Part shown: positions 9,001-18,153 of the stretch, piece after piece
Position numbering within the stretch: the stretch's first letter is position 1
Layout: every line of letters starts with the position of its first letter
Origin: a bacterium
GTDB lineage: Bacteria; Patescibacteriota; UBA1384; 2-12-FULL-50-11
Assembly: GCA_021463485.1 (NCBI GenBank)
Contig: JAJTYJ010000001.1
Coordinates: 139,932-203,931, forward strand
DNA: 64,000 nucleotides
Reading direction: 5' to 3'
The notes under the pieces: model-generated
Database searches by the model: none
Told to the model about the DNA's origin: nothing
What the model saw: only the letters and a program-made list of their open reading frames with translations
Made by a program: the position numbers and the translations under genes

Positions 9001-9480
9001 ATGTTAAAAACACTCTACGTTATCGCGATCGGTTTATTATTTGCCGCTGTTGTTGGGTTAGGAATCGAAGCGTTCTACCCCCAACCAAAGTACCCTGAAT
9101 ACCCGAGAGAGCTAAATTACCCTGGAACTAACGGGTACACCGAAGAACAAAAAGCAGTACAAGATAAATTCGACGAAGAGAACAAAACCTTCATGAAGCG
9201 TATGGACACCTATAACCGAGATGTCTCACTAATACTTATCGGATTTGCGCTAGTAATTCTTGCTGTCTCGATTATCTGGGTCGGTAGTATTGAAGTGATC
9301 GGCGACGGGTTAACACTTGGTGGGGTCTTCACTCTGTTATACGGTCTGGGGCGAGCGTTGGCTGGCGGCGATGAAAAAGTCCGTTTTCTGGCTGTTGCTT
9401 TTGGATTAGTAGTGCTGGTCTTCCTTGCTTACTGGAAATATATTCGGCCGAACCAACAAAAAACGACTCCGCAGTCCTAA
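9001..9480 (+). CDS. Membrane protein (159 aa), hypothetical
   Basis: Several predicted TM helices; no family recognised. Confidence 0.5.
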   Translation: MLKTLYVIAIGLLFAAVVGLGIEAFYPQPKYPEYPRELNYPGTNGYTEEQKAVQDKFDEENKTFMKRMDTYNRDVSLILIGFALVILAVSIIWVGSIEVIGDGLTLGGVFTLLYGLGRALAGGDEKVRFLAVAFGLVVLVFLAYWKYIRPNQQKTTPQS

Positions 9481-9512
9481 GACGTTGGAGTCGTGACGGG
9501 CGGCGATCGCCC

Positions 9513-9815
9513 TCAGGCGTATGCCGGGATACGGGCAGTCGCTCTGGAACCTTGGAGAAGGCGGGTGTGTCGGCGAGCGACACGAAGATGGTGATGGCGC
9601 TCGATCCAAGCGCGAATCGCATCGTAGCCCTCGTAAACCGAGTTTCCGTCGACCTCAAGTCGAACCGAAACGATCGGTCTCATGTTGCGACCATCAGGCT
9701 CAGGCTGGTCATCAACGTACTCGACATTCGCGCCGTCAATGAGCTTGAGCTCCGCTTCCAATTTTGTCGCCGTAGCGACGCACGTTCCAGAATAGATTCT
9801 AAGGTTCATAAGCAT
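9513..9815 (-). CDS. Small glutaredoxin-like (DUF836-like) protein with a degenerate active site, in a GC-rich mini-island
   Basis: SD GAGGGA 7 nt upstream; pattern L-R-I-Y-S-G-T-C ... E-Y-V-D ... P-I-V ... G-Y-D-A-I-R-A-W resembles glutaredoxin-like DUF836 but has a single Cys; ~60% GC. Confidence 0.4.
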   Translation of the reverse strand: MLMNLRIYSGTCVATATKLEAELKLIDGANVEYVDDQPEPDGRNMRPIVSVRLEVDGNSVYEGYDAIRAWIERHHHLRVARRHTRLLQGSRATARIPAYA

Positions 9816-9911
9816 TCCCTCGCTTCCCCGCTGGTTGCGGGTTCTAATATTCTCCTGCTAATTTATTCCATTGACAAGTACTTTTAGCTAATTTTCTGGC
9901 ATACTAGCGAA

Positions 9912-10976
9912 ATGAACGACGTCTATTTTCTTGCCGGTGGAGTGGTGCTTGGCGCCGGTATAACCTATTTTTTACTCAAAAACAGACAAAATGACTTTAG
10001 CTCGGTAAGCGAACAGCTCCTCAACTTAGCGAAAGAAAAGCTCGGCGCCGAGAAGGAAGTAATTAAGACGGATCTCGAGGGCAAAAAAGACGCGATAAAA
10101 ACGCTCGTTGACGAGATTCGCCTTCAACTCAAAGAAACGGACGAAAAACTAAGACGAAGCGAACAAGATAGAATTTCTAGTTTCTCAGCGCTACAAGAAG
10201 AGCTTAAGGCACACAAACAACTAGCCAGCGAACTGCGAGGCTCGACCGATGGATTAAAGAACGTTCTTTCAAACAATCAAACCCGCGGTCAATTCGGCGA
10301 ACGGATCGCTGAAGACCTGTTAAAAATGGCGGGCTTTGTAATCAACCAGGATTACTTTGTTCAGCATCAATCTGGCGAAGGTCGCCCGGACTTTACAGTG
10401 GTGCTGCCAGATAAAACTAAGATAAATATCGACGTAAAGTTCCCGTATCAGAATCTTCAAAAATCAGCGGAGGCGAAAGACCCAGAGGAGAAGAAGCGGC
10501 ATTTCGCTCAATTTCAGCGTGATGTTCGCAAGAAAATTGGCGACATCGCCAATCGTAACTATATAAACCCGGACGACAACACCGTCGATTTTGCCGTAGC
10601 CTTTATTCCTAACGAAATGATCTTTAGTTACATCTACGAACGTTCGAACGACATTTGGGAAGAAGCGATGGCTAAAAAAGTGGTATTAGCTGGTCCATAC
10701 TCGTTTGTGGCGCTCCTAAGACTAATCAAGCAAGCCCATTCTAACTTTCAGATGCAGTCAAATATTCATAATGTTATCTCGCTGGTTCAAAAATTTCGCC
10801 AAGAGTACGAGAAGTTCTCGACCGAGCTAGATGCGCTTGGAACTCGTCTCGAGTCTGCCAGTAAGCAGTATCAAGTTGTTAGTAGTACCCGCAGCCGTCA
10901 ACTCGGGCGTGTGATGGATCAAATCGAGAACCAGCACGTACTAGACAAAACCGAACAGAACTTATTAGACAATTAG
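9912..10976 (+). CDS. rmuC: DNA recombination protein RmuC
   Basis: N-terminal TM, coiled coil, and conserved RmuC core (GQFGERIAEDLL ... PDFTVVLP ... IDVKFP). Confidence 0.85.
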   Translation: MNDVYFLAGGVVLGAGITYFLLKNRQNDFSSVSEQLLNLAKEKLGAEKEVIKTDLEGKKDAIKTLVDEIRLQLKETDEKLRRSEQDRISSFSALQEELKAHKQLASELRGSTDGLKNVLSNNQTRGQFGERIAEDLLKMAGFVINQDYFVQHQSGEGRPDFTVVLPDKTKINIDVKFPYQNLQKSAEAKDPEEKKRHFAQFQRDVRKKIGDIANRNYINPDDNTVDFAVAFIPNEMIFSYIYERSNDIWEEAMAKKVVLAGPYSFVALLRLIKQAHSNFQMQSNIHNVISLVQKFRQEYEKFSTELDALGTRLESASKQYQVVSSTRSRQLGRVMDQIENQHVLDKTEQNLLDN

Positions 10977-11026
10977 TTTCTTGAAAGGATCTCCTAATAA
11001 TGGGGGCTTTCAGGTAGAATCTTGGT

Positions 11027-12511
11027 ATGAGTCAGAACAAGCCTGAGGCTGAGATCCGATTAGACAAGCTAAACGAACTTAAAAAGCTCGGCATCAATCC
11101 GTATCCGAGCAGAACGCCAAGCTTTCACGTAATCGGCGAGGTTCGAAAAAAGAAAGAAGGCGAGAAGATAGCAACGGTGGGTCGGATTACAGCGATTCGA
11201 GAGCACGGCAAGTCGACCTTTTTTGACATCGAAGATCCAGAAGAAAAGCTGCAAGTTTATTTTAAGCTCGACGAAGTCGGCGAGAAGTCGTATGAGCTCT
11301 TGAAACTTCTGGACGTTGGCGATTACGTATGGATCTCGGGGGAGATGTTTATTACCAAAGCTGGCGAGCTTTCGTTAAAAGCTAAAGAATTTCAGCTACT
11401 GTCAAAATCATTACTACCAATTCCGGAGGGCTGGCACGGCCTGACGGACGTCGAAACGCGTTACCGATCGCGCTCTTTGGATTTTAAGATTAACAAATCT
11501 ACCCGAGAAATCATTAAAACCCGCAGTAACATTATTAGCGGTATTCGCGACTTTCTCGATCGCCACGGATTCATCGAAATAACCACGCCGGTACTACAGC
11601 CAATCCCAGGCGGTGCCACCGCTAGGCCGTTTATTACCCACCACAACGCGCTTGACGCCGATTTTTATCTCCGAGTTTCCGACGAGCTGTATTTGAAACG
11701 CTTAGTCGTGGGTGGCTTCGAGCGCGTCTACGAGATCGGCCCGGATTTCCGCAACGAAGGATTGTCTCACATGCATAATCCAGAGTTCACGATGTGTGAG
11801 TTCTACTGGGCGTACCAAACGGCCGAAGGGTTGCGCGGTGTTACTCAAAAACTAGTTCAAGAATTAGTCGAAAAAACAAACGGTACGTTAACTATTGAGT
11901 ACCAAGGTCACAAACTCGACTTTAGCGGTGATTTCGTAGTTAAAAAATATCGCGACCTTATTGAAGAAGAGACCGGGATTAATATCGACACCGAGAACGA
12001 TTTTAAAAAGCTTAACGCCGCTGTTAAAGCAAAAAAAATTGAATTCAAGGGCCAAGATATTAAAGTGTGGAGCGAGTTAGTTGATGAGCTGTTCAAAAAA
12101 ACCTGCCGACCCAAGATTGTTCAACCTACATTCGTTATCGATTACCCGATCGCGACCGCGCCGCTAGCCAAACGTTACGAAGATCGGCCAGAGACTGCAC
12201 AAAAGTTCCAGCTAATTGTGGCGGGTGGGTTTGAATTAGTAAATGCGTACTCAGAGCTAAACGATCCGCTCGATCAAGAAGCGAGATTCCGTGAACAGAT
12301 GGAGATGCGCGAAGAAGGTTGGGACGAAGCGCAGATGCTCGACGAAAACTACATCGAGGCTTTAAAATTCGGTATGCCGCCGACTGCCGGTTGGGGAATG
12401 GGAATCGATCGGATGACGATGATTTTGACGAACCAATATTCTATAAAGGAAGTTATACCCTTTCCTACGCTAAAACCTATCAAGAATATTGGTGAGGAGA
12501 AAACGAAGTAA
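11027..12511 (+). CDS. lysS: Lysine--tRNA ligase, class II
   Basis: OB-fold anticodon-binding N-terminus plus class II motifs (FRNEG, GGxGxGIDR) and a typical C-terminus ...SIKEVIPFP. Confidence 0.95.
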   Translation: MSQNKPEAEIRLDKLNELKKLGINPYPSRTPSFHVIGEVRKKKEGEKIATVGRITAIREHGKSTFFDIEDPEEKLQVYFKLDEVGEKSYELLKLLDVGDYVWISGEMFITKAGELSLKAKEFQLLSKSLLPIPEGWHGLTDVETRYRSRSLDFKINKSTREIIKTRSNIISGIRDFLDRHGFIEITTPVLQPIPGGATARPFITHHNALDADFYLRVSDELYLKRLVVGGFERVYEIGPDFRNEGLSHMHNPEFTMCEFYWAYQTAEGLRGVTQKLVQELVEKTNGTLTIEYQGHKLDFSGDFVVKKYRDLIEEETGINIDTENDFKKLNAAVKAKKIEFKGQDIKVWSELVDELFKKTCRPKIVQPTFVIDYPIATAPLAKRYEDRPETAQKFQLIVAGGFELVNAYSELNDPLDQEARFREQMEMREEGWDEAQMLDENYIEALKFGMPPTAGWGMGIDRMTMILTNQYSIKEVIPFPTLKPIKNIGEEKTK

Positions 12512-12594
12512 TGCTGAGTATTCTCACTAACCAGCACTCAATTAAAGAAGTAATTCCGTTCCCGACGCTTCGCCCAATAAACGAAGGAAAATGA
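12511..12594 (+). repeat. Diverged duplicate of the lysS 3' end as a 27-codon ORF (MLSILTNQHSIKEVIPFPTLRPINEGK); its TGA overlaps the pgeF ATG
   Basis: Compared with lysS 12419..12511 (MILTNQYSIKEVIPFPTLKPIKN...): ~80% aa identity but ~70% nt identity, with differences concentrated at synonymous sites. Confidence 0.6.
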
Positions 12595-13391
12595 GTACTA
12601 TGGAAGCGTATCGTTTCCAAAATCTCTCGAAATTCCCCGAATTGGTTCACGGCGTCGCCACCGCTGCCTTTGGTAATATGTCGTTTCTGTACGGGCGAGA
12701 CGACGAGGTGATCGCTAACCGATATAAGTTCTTCACCTCGCTTGACGTTAACCCAGAGAAAGTTGCTGTCGCCCAGCTCTTTCACGAAGCTGATGTTCTC
12801 GAAGTAACAGAGAAAGATCGCGGTAAGGGCGTCGAAGAGACAAGATCACTCCTGTCGGCCGATATTCTAGTAACCAATAAACCCGATGTTTTTCTGTTCT
12901 TTGTAGTCGCCGACTGTCTGGCGCTTTTCTTCTACGACCCTGTTACTGGTTGCGTAGCGCTTGCTCACGCCGGGTGGAAAGGCGTTCACCGAGAAGTTCC
13001 TCGAGTAGCGATTCAAGCTCTTCGAGAACGTTACGGCGCCAAACCTGAAAATATCCTTGTAGGTATGTCTCCGAGCATTAAGAAGGAGTCGGCTAAATTC
13101 AAAGAGATAAACCAGACAAAGTTCCCTCAGTGGCAGCCGTATATATATAGGTGCAATAAATGCACCTTCTCTGACAAAAATATTGTCAGAGATAACGAGG
13201 TTGAACACTACCATGTTGACGTTTCTCGATTTGCTTACGATCAACTACTTAGCACTGGGATTTACGAGGAACATATCGAAGAATCGCCGATCGACACTCG
13301 TACTAGCTCAGACTTTTTCTCACATCGGCGCAGCGACGAAGAGAATATTCCCGAAGCCCGCTTTGGCTGTGTAATTGGCATTAAGAAATAG
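12591..13391 (+). CDS. pgeF: Peptidoglycan editing factor PgeF / YfiH (laccase-domain, DUF152) family protein
   Basis: Conserved motifs VVADCLALFFYDP and ALAHAGWKG plus the C-terminal His region. Confidence 0.8.
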   Translation: MSTMEAYRFQNLSKFPELVHGVATAAFGNMSFLYGRDDEVIANRYKFFTSLDVNPEKVAVAQLFHEADVLEVTEKDRGKGVEETRSLLSADILVTNKPDVFLFFVVADCLALFFYDPVTGCVALAHAGWKGVHREVPRVAIQALRERYGAKPENILVGMSPSIKKESAKFKEINQTKFPQWQPYIYRCNKCTFSDKNIVRDNEVEHYHVDVSRFAYDQLLSTGIYEEHIEESPIDTRTSSDFFSHRRSDEENIPEARFGCVIGIKK

Positions 13392-13466
13392 TTTTACCCT
13401 ACCCCTTTCTAAAAAATTACTCTGTTAACCAATTAGAAATTATTCCAAAAATTCCGTCTAAACTTA

Positions 13467-13495
13467 TTGACATTTTGCAATGTTTCGGGTATAGT
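13467..13495 (+). promoter_or_regulatory. Consensus sigma70 promoter TTGACA-N17-TATAGT upstream of the GC-rich two-gene module
   Basis: Perfect -35, 17-nt spacer and 5/6 -10, ~100 nt upstream of ATG 13594. Confidence 0.5.
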
Positions 13496-13593
13496 TAGCG
13501 CCGCATCGTGAGAGTTCAGAAAACAACCACGACGCACATAAACATAACGACATTGCTACGACGGCCGGCGACGGCCCAAGGAGACACGCACCA

Positions 13594-14190
13594 ATGAAGA
13601 CTCTGAAAATGCTTCTCTTCGTCATTGTGCTCGTCGTCGGCTCAGCTTCTGCGTTCGCGCAGAGCGTCGACGAACTCGGCGGAGCGAACCCGCCGGTCAC
13701 GAGCACCGACCCAGTCGGCCAAGACCCCACGAACTTGCCGAGTCATCAACCTCCGCCCTGGGAAACTCGGGAGGGAGTTGAGGTAGCGGCTCGGAATTAC
13801 TTCGAGGCAAAAAACCAGTACAACGAGTGTCGGCATCGCGGCGACAAGCCGGGCATGGCTCGCGCCGCGAAGCGGATGCGCACTCACTCGAACGCCCTGG
13901 CTGCCTTTAAAAAGCAGCAAGCGGCGCGCGACAAGGCGCAAGACGCTAGGCTCGATGCTCACAGCAACCTCGTGTGGAAGCACGAGTCGCAGTTGAACGG
14001 CAAAGGCGGTCTTAACGACCGACAAGGCAAAACCGAAAAGCGCGTAAAAACGCTTGAGGAAGAGATGGACGCCGTGACGCCGGCAATCGCCGGCATCAAC
14101 GGAAAGTTCGACGGACTCACTTGGTGGGTTCTGATTCTCACTCTCATCGTTCTGATCGGCTTTGGCCGACGCTACTGGATCCACCGCTAA
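13594..14190 (+). CDS. Secreted protein with a C-terminal TM anchor (198 aa) in a GC-rich island
   Basis: SD AAGGAG; signal peptide MKTLKMLLFVIVLVVGSASAFA; C-terminal TM WWVLILTLIVLIGF; ~60% GC. Confidence 0.55.
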   Translation: MKTLKMLLFVIVLVVGSASAFAQSVDELGGANPPVTSTDPVGQDPTNLPSHQPPPWETREGVEVAARNYFEAKNQYNECRHRGDKPGMARAAKRMRTHSNALAAFKKQQAARDKAQDARLDAHSNLVWKHESQLNGKGGLNDRQGKTEKRVKTLEEEMDAVTPAIAGINGKFDGLTWWVLILTLIVLIGFGRRYWIHR

Positions 14191-14207
14191 GGAGTCGGGA
14201 AGAAACC

Positions 14208-14855
14208 ATGAACATCAGTGACCTCATGCTGACCACGCCCCTCGGGGCGATCCTCATCATCGTCTTGCTCGTCCTGGCCGCCATCGCGGCTTGGGGGGCA
14301 TACGCAAACCGTCCTACCGCCAGGCTGGAGACGGCACCGCCGACTCCGCCTCAGCGACCGACCCCAGCTCCGGAGCCTCCGAAGAAGGAGGAGCCGAAGC
14401 CAATCGTCGAGCAACCCCTCCCCAAAAAGGAGTCGGAACCTTGCACTTGCAAGGAAGAGGAACCGTGCGCCAAGGAGCGCGAGGAGATTAGGCGCCTAGA
14501 AGGCGAGCTGGAGACGGCGAGAGCCGACAGCAACACGAAGGAGGGTGAGAACAACGAACTCACCAAACGTCTCGCCAACGCCAACCGGCGACTCGAGGAG
14601 TCGCAGACGAATGCGAAGCTGGCCAAGCCGCAGAAGGTGACGGCCAGTAACATCCTTCCGTTGCTCGATGATCTCGGCAACATCAACTTCAGCGCTGCAA
14701 AGCAGCTTCGGGCGGAGGCCAACAAGCCTCAGCCTGAGTACGCACGGATCGAGAAGCGACTCGGAGTTTTCGCGGACTACTGCGAGCAGCGCGGCTTCGA
14801 ACGCCCCGACCCCGGCACTCTACTGCAGCTTCTGCAGGAAGCGCTCAAGCAGTAG
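14208..14855 (+). CDS. N-terminally membrane-anchored Pro-rich / coiled-coil protein (215 aa) in a GC-rich island
   Basis: SD AAGGAG 9 nt upstream; TM helix, then a PTPPQRPTPAPEPP linker and a coiled-coil region. Confidence 0.55.
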   Translation: MNISDLMLTTPLGAILIIVLLVLAAIAAWGAYANRPTARLETAPPTPPQRPTPAPEPPKKEEPKPIVEQPLPKKESEPCTCKEEEPCAKEREEIRRLEGELETARADSNTKEGENNELTKRLANANRRLEESQTNAKLAKPQKVTASNILPLLDDLGNINFSAAKQLRAEANKPQPEYARIEKRLGVFADYCEQRGFERPDPGTLLQLLQEALKQ

Positions 14856-14930
14856 CGCAACAATGAATCCACAACGGACCGTTCTCAATGGCACCAGCCA
14901 ACGAGACGGTCCTCTTTTTTTATCTAATTT

Positions 14931-17780
14931 TTATTTGATTAATTTAATTAGCTCCCGGAGCGAGATAGTATGATCGTACTGTTGGTCACCTTCATCACGC
15001 ATTAAAGTAATATTAAAGTCTATGGTCTCCGGTTCTCCAACGCCTTCTGCCATTAGTATTGAAAGCGGAGTCTCCGATAGTTTTTGCGAGCGAGGGATAT
15101 TTAATGCCTCTTTAATCTCTGCTGCTTGTTCGCTGTTATCCGCTGCTTCAGAAAAATTAATTGACTGGCCCTCGGCGAAATCGTCTGGGGTTTTACCCGC
15201 CTCTGTAATTAAATCGTACAACTCCTTGTCGGGCTCAGACTCTGACTCCGGTTCTGGCTCGGGAGCTTGGGTTAGCTGCTCTACTTGTTTTTCAGGTTGT
15301 TGAGTATGATTTGGATTTTCTTCTTCGGTTGGGGACCGATCTTGTTCTGTAACTTCCTCCGATTGAGATGATTCTAGATTTCGCCCAACTACCATTGATT
15401 CGATCGTTGAATACACAAATGGTTGAGCAATTTTGCCAACCTTAGTAACGATCGTTTGACGCTTTGAATCGACTCGATCTACGGTGATTTTTACCAAACC
15501 ATTTTCTTTCTCACCGCTTCGCAGAACAGTAGTGCCGATTCGGCTTGAATCACCCTCAGGAACTCTCAAGAAAAGTACGTCACCTTGGGCTATATCTTCA
15601 AACTTTACGCTCGCTTCGTTCTCCTCAACGCTCTTATTTGCTTCTACCCTTACAGTATTAATATTAGGCTGGCCGTTAACAGTGATGGGCACCGGTTCTT
15701 CCTTTTGAAGCTGTTTCTTGGCGTTAGCATCTTCAAACCGGTCAACAATCTCGTTAAGCAGAGCTGTCACTTCTTTGCTTGATGGGTTTGTTATAACTTT
15801 CCAACCATCTTTCTCCCGTGAATCAGTTCTACCAAGAACAATCTTAGGCGGGTTCGGCAACGGCCGCCCTTCGCGATCGTACTCTGGCTCCGGATATTCT
15901 AACTTAATAGATTGGGAGAAATTGTCTTTGTTTTTCAAGAAGATCGACGTGACCGAACGACCGTCTGGTGCTGGAGTCTTGCTCATTGTGATCCCAAATG
16001 TGTTTAACGTATCTTCGTCTAATTCAGAAGCTCCAAACGAATACAGCTTCTCAACATCTTCAACTATCGACGCAGCGTCACTACTTTCTGGTTCAACTTT
16101 CTTATCGCCTTTTTCGTTATAAGCCTCCAGGAAAGCCTTGCTAATATCCTCTTCAACACCTTCAAGGATTTCTTGATGACCAGTAGTGTCTTTTTCGGCC
16201 CACCGAACCGGTAAGTTCTTGCCATTTTCACCAGCTGGTAATTCTTTTTGGTCACGGGCGTTAAGAGCTGCTTGCTCGCCATCCGTTTTATCAACGCCCG
16301 ATTCTTCTGGTTTTTTGCGCATCGGTAACGCTTTAGCTTCGCCGCCCGGTAATGCTAGCCGATTATCATCAGATTTTGATTCAGTTGCCTTGGGTTCTCC
16401 GCCACTCTTTTTAACAGATGAAAAGAACTCAGCCAAGAACTGCAGCTGTGCCCCAGCTATTGGCACAGCTTCTTTCCAGAACGATCCGGCTAACGCAGCA
16501 GCGCGCTCAGCAAGTTCGGGATTATTTTGCACTATCAAGTTGCGGAAGATACTATCGTTGAGACCTGATAATACGTGAACTTCGCTACCATTATTTAACA
16601 CGGCTGTTGTAACTTCGGCAGCCTTATTGACGCCAAACTCAGCCGCCGCAGTTCCACCGTTGTAGTTAAAGACAAAACCTCCTGTTTTTTCGAGTTGTTG
16701 GGCAAACCCTGGATCGGCGCTAGCGATATCACTCGGGTTAATTTTTTCGACAAAATGTTGTATTCCATCTTTATCAAAATCTGCCCATACCCCACGAACT
16801 TTATCAATATCGGCATTAAGCAAGCTCTCCTGAATTGCATATCCTCCCAGCCCACCTAATATTGAACCACCTGCTGCAATAATGTCAGCTACCTTCTCTC
16901 GTTTTTTTTCAAGACGCATCTTGTCATAGCCAAGTCTTTGCGTTTCAGCTAAACCACTGAGTTCCTTCTCCACTTTATTTTCCGCATAAAGTGCCTGGTA
17001 GCTTTCATAATGAGTGAGGTCAATAAAGTATTGATGGAGTTCTGCAAGTTGTTTGTCGATTTCCACCCTTCGTTCTTCGTCGGCCTCCTCGCGCTCCATG
17101 ACTAGATCCACAGCTTGGTCTTGAAGCCTGGCTGCCTCGGCAAATACCTTAGAGCGAGATTCGATAACTTTGGTTCTACCCTCACGTTCATCCTTCTTAA
17201 AATGTCGGTAAAGCTCGAAGGCCCCTCGCGCCGCAGCACCGCCAGCCAACGCCGCTAGAAAGACAGGCGAGCCGACTGTCCCACCGAGTATTGCGGCAAT
17301 ACCTGCACCGATACCACCAGCAACACCGGTTTTTACACCAATTTTGCCGAGACGAAGTGCGCCATCACGACCTAATAATCGAAATGCTTTTTTAAGTTCT
17401 TTGGCTTGCTCTTCAGGCTTTGCATCAGCAACTCGTTCAGAGATTTTTAAGTCAGAGTATTCACCTGCAAATACAGCTTTGGTTTGCTTAATAAATCGGC
17501 TAAGTACATTACCCTCACTAATTTTATAACGCTCCGCGATCTCTTCGATACTTCGCTGTCGGGCCTGCTCAACGTAATTAATAGCGAATTTCTCGCGTTC
17601 CTGTTTATTATCGACAACCGTATCGGCGTTCTCGGGTGAAATCAGTGGAGCAGGCTCTTCCGGGGTTGGTTCGCTTTCTGGTTTTTCGGCTACTTCCTCA
17701 GTGGTATCTTTCCACTCGTCGGGGCTTAATTCATAAACTTCCGGATCTTGGCCAGCATCAGCGCCCCTCAGCTCCGACAT
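14931..17780 (-). CDS. Large acidic hypothetical protein (949 aa) with Gly/Ala-rich hydrophobic segments
   Basis: Long open frame translationally coupled to the upstream 111-aa gene; glycine-zipper-like segments GVAGGIGAGIAAILGG and IIAAGGSILGGLGG; no NTP-binding motif or known domain recognised. Confidence 0.7.
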   Translation of the reverse strand: MSELRGADAGQDPEVYELSPDEWKDTTEEVAEKPESEPTPEEPAPLISPENADTVVDNKQEREKFAINYVEQARQRSIEEIAERYKISEGNVLSRFIKQTKAVFAGEYSDLKISERVADAKPEEQAKELKKAFRLLGRDGALRLGKIGVKTGVAGGIGAGIAAILGGTVGSPVFLAALAGGAAARGAFELYRHFKKDEREGRTKVIESRSKVFAEAARLQDQAVDLVMEREEADEERRVEIDKQLAELHQYFIDLTHYESYQALYAENKVEKELSGLAETQRLGYDKMRLEKKREKVADIIAAGGSILGGLGGYAIQESLLNADIDKVRGVWADFDKDGIQHFVEKINPSDIASADPGFAQQLEKTGGFVFNYNGGTAAAEFGVNKAAEVTTAVLNNGSEVHVLSGLNDSIFRNLIVQNNPELAERAAALAGSFWKEAVPIAGAQLQFLAEFFSSVKKSGGEPKATESKSDDNRLALPGGEAKALPMRKKPEESGVDKTDGEQAALNARDQKELPAGENGKNLPVRWAEKDTTGHQEILEGVEEDISKAFLEAYNEKGDKKVEPESSDAASIVEDVEKLYSFGASELDEDTLNTFGITMSKTPAPDGRSVTSIFLKNKDNFSQSIKLEYPEPEYDREGRPLPNPPKIVLGRTDSREKDGWKVITNPSSKEVTALLNEIVDRFEDANAKKQLQKEEPVPITVNGQPNINTVRVEANKSVEENEASVKFEDIAQGDVLFLRVPEGDSSRIGTTVLRSGEKENGLVKITVDRVDSKRQTIVTKVGKIAQPFVYSTIESMVVGRNLESSQSEEVTEQDRSPTEEENPNHTQQPEKQVEQLTQAPEPEPESESEPDKELYDLITEAGKTPDDFAEGQSINFSEAADNSEQAAEIKEALNIPRSQKLSETPLSILMAEGVGEPETIDFNITLMRDEGDQQYDHTISLRELIKLIK

Positions 17781-17781
17781 T

Positions 17782-18117
17782 TTAGTTACTCTGGTGCTGA
17801 CCGCGCAGCGTCTCAGAGATAGAAGCCATCTCTACCTTATACGCAAGTGATTCTGTCGTGGCAATCTGATCAATATCAATACCGTTTTCTTCAAAGAACG
17901 CCTGAACAGCCTTGGCATCACCAGCATTAATCAGTTCTTTTAATTTATCTAGACCTTGTTCATCGAGCTGGTCGGCGACTCGCAGCATTACTCGATTCAT
18001 CACCGTCTCATACGCTTTCTGAAAAACGTCTGCCTTTTCTTCCTCAGACAGTCCCTCAAGTTCAGAAACCTCAAACAAGCTCTTCTGTAATACGTCTTCT
18101 AGCCCAATATTACTCAT
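17782..18117 (-). CDS. Small acidic hypothetical protein (111 aa)
   Basis: 36 nt downstream of rpoD with no intervening terminator; its stop lies 1 nt from the ATG of the 949-aa gene. Confidence 0.6.
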   Translation of the reverse strand: MSNIGLEDVLQKSLFEVSELEGLSEEEKADVFQKAYETVMNRVMLRVADQLDEQGLDKLKELINAGDAKAVQAFFEENGIDIDQIATTESLAYKVEMASISETLRGQHQSN

Positions 18118-18153
18118 ACTACGAGCGTAGCAAATTCGAATAACATTACAACG

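Noticed and set aside
9329-9887. Multiple overlapping ORFs on both strands in the 9.5-kb GC-rich patch
   Set aside because: Only 9513..9815 (-) has an SD and a fold-like pattern. The others are GC-driven shadow frames.
13642-14184. 180-aa minus-strand ORF overlapping the GC-rich + strand gene 13594..14190
   Set aside because: High GC inflates ORF length on all frames. The + strand gene has a consensus promoter, an SD, a signal peptide and a TM anchor; the minus ORF has none.
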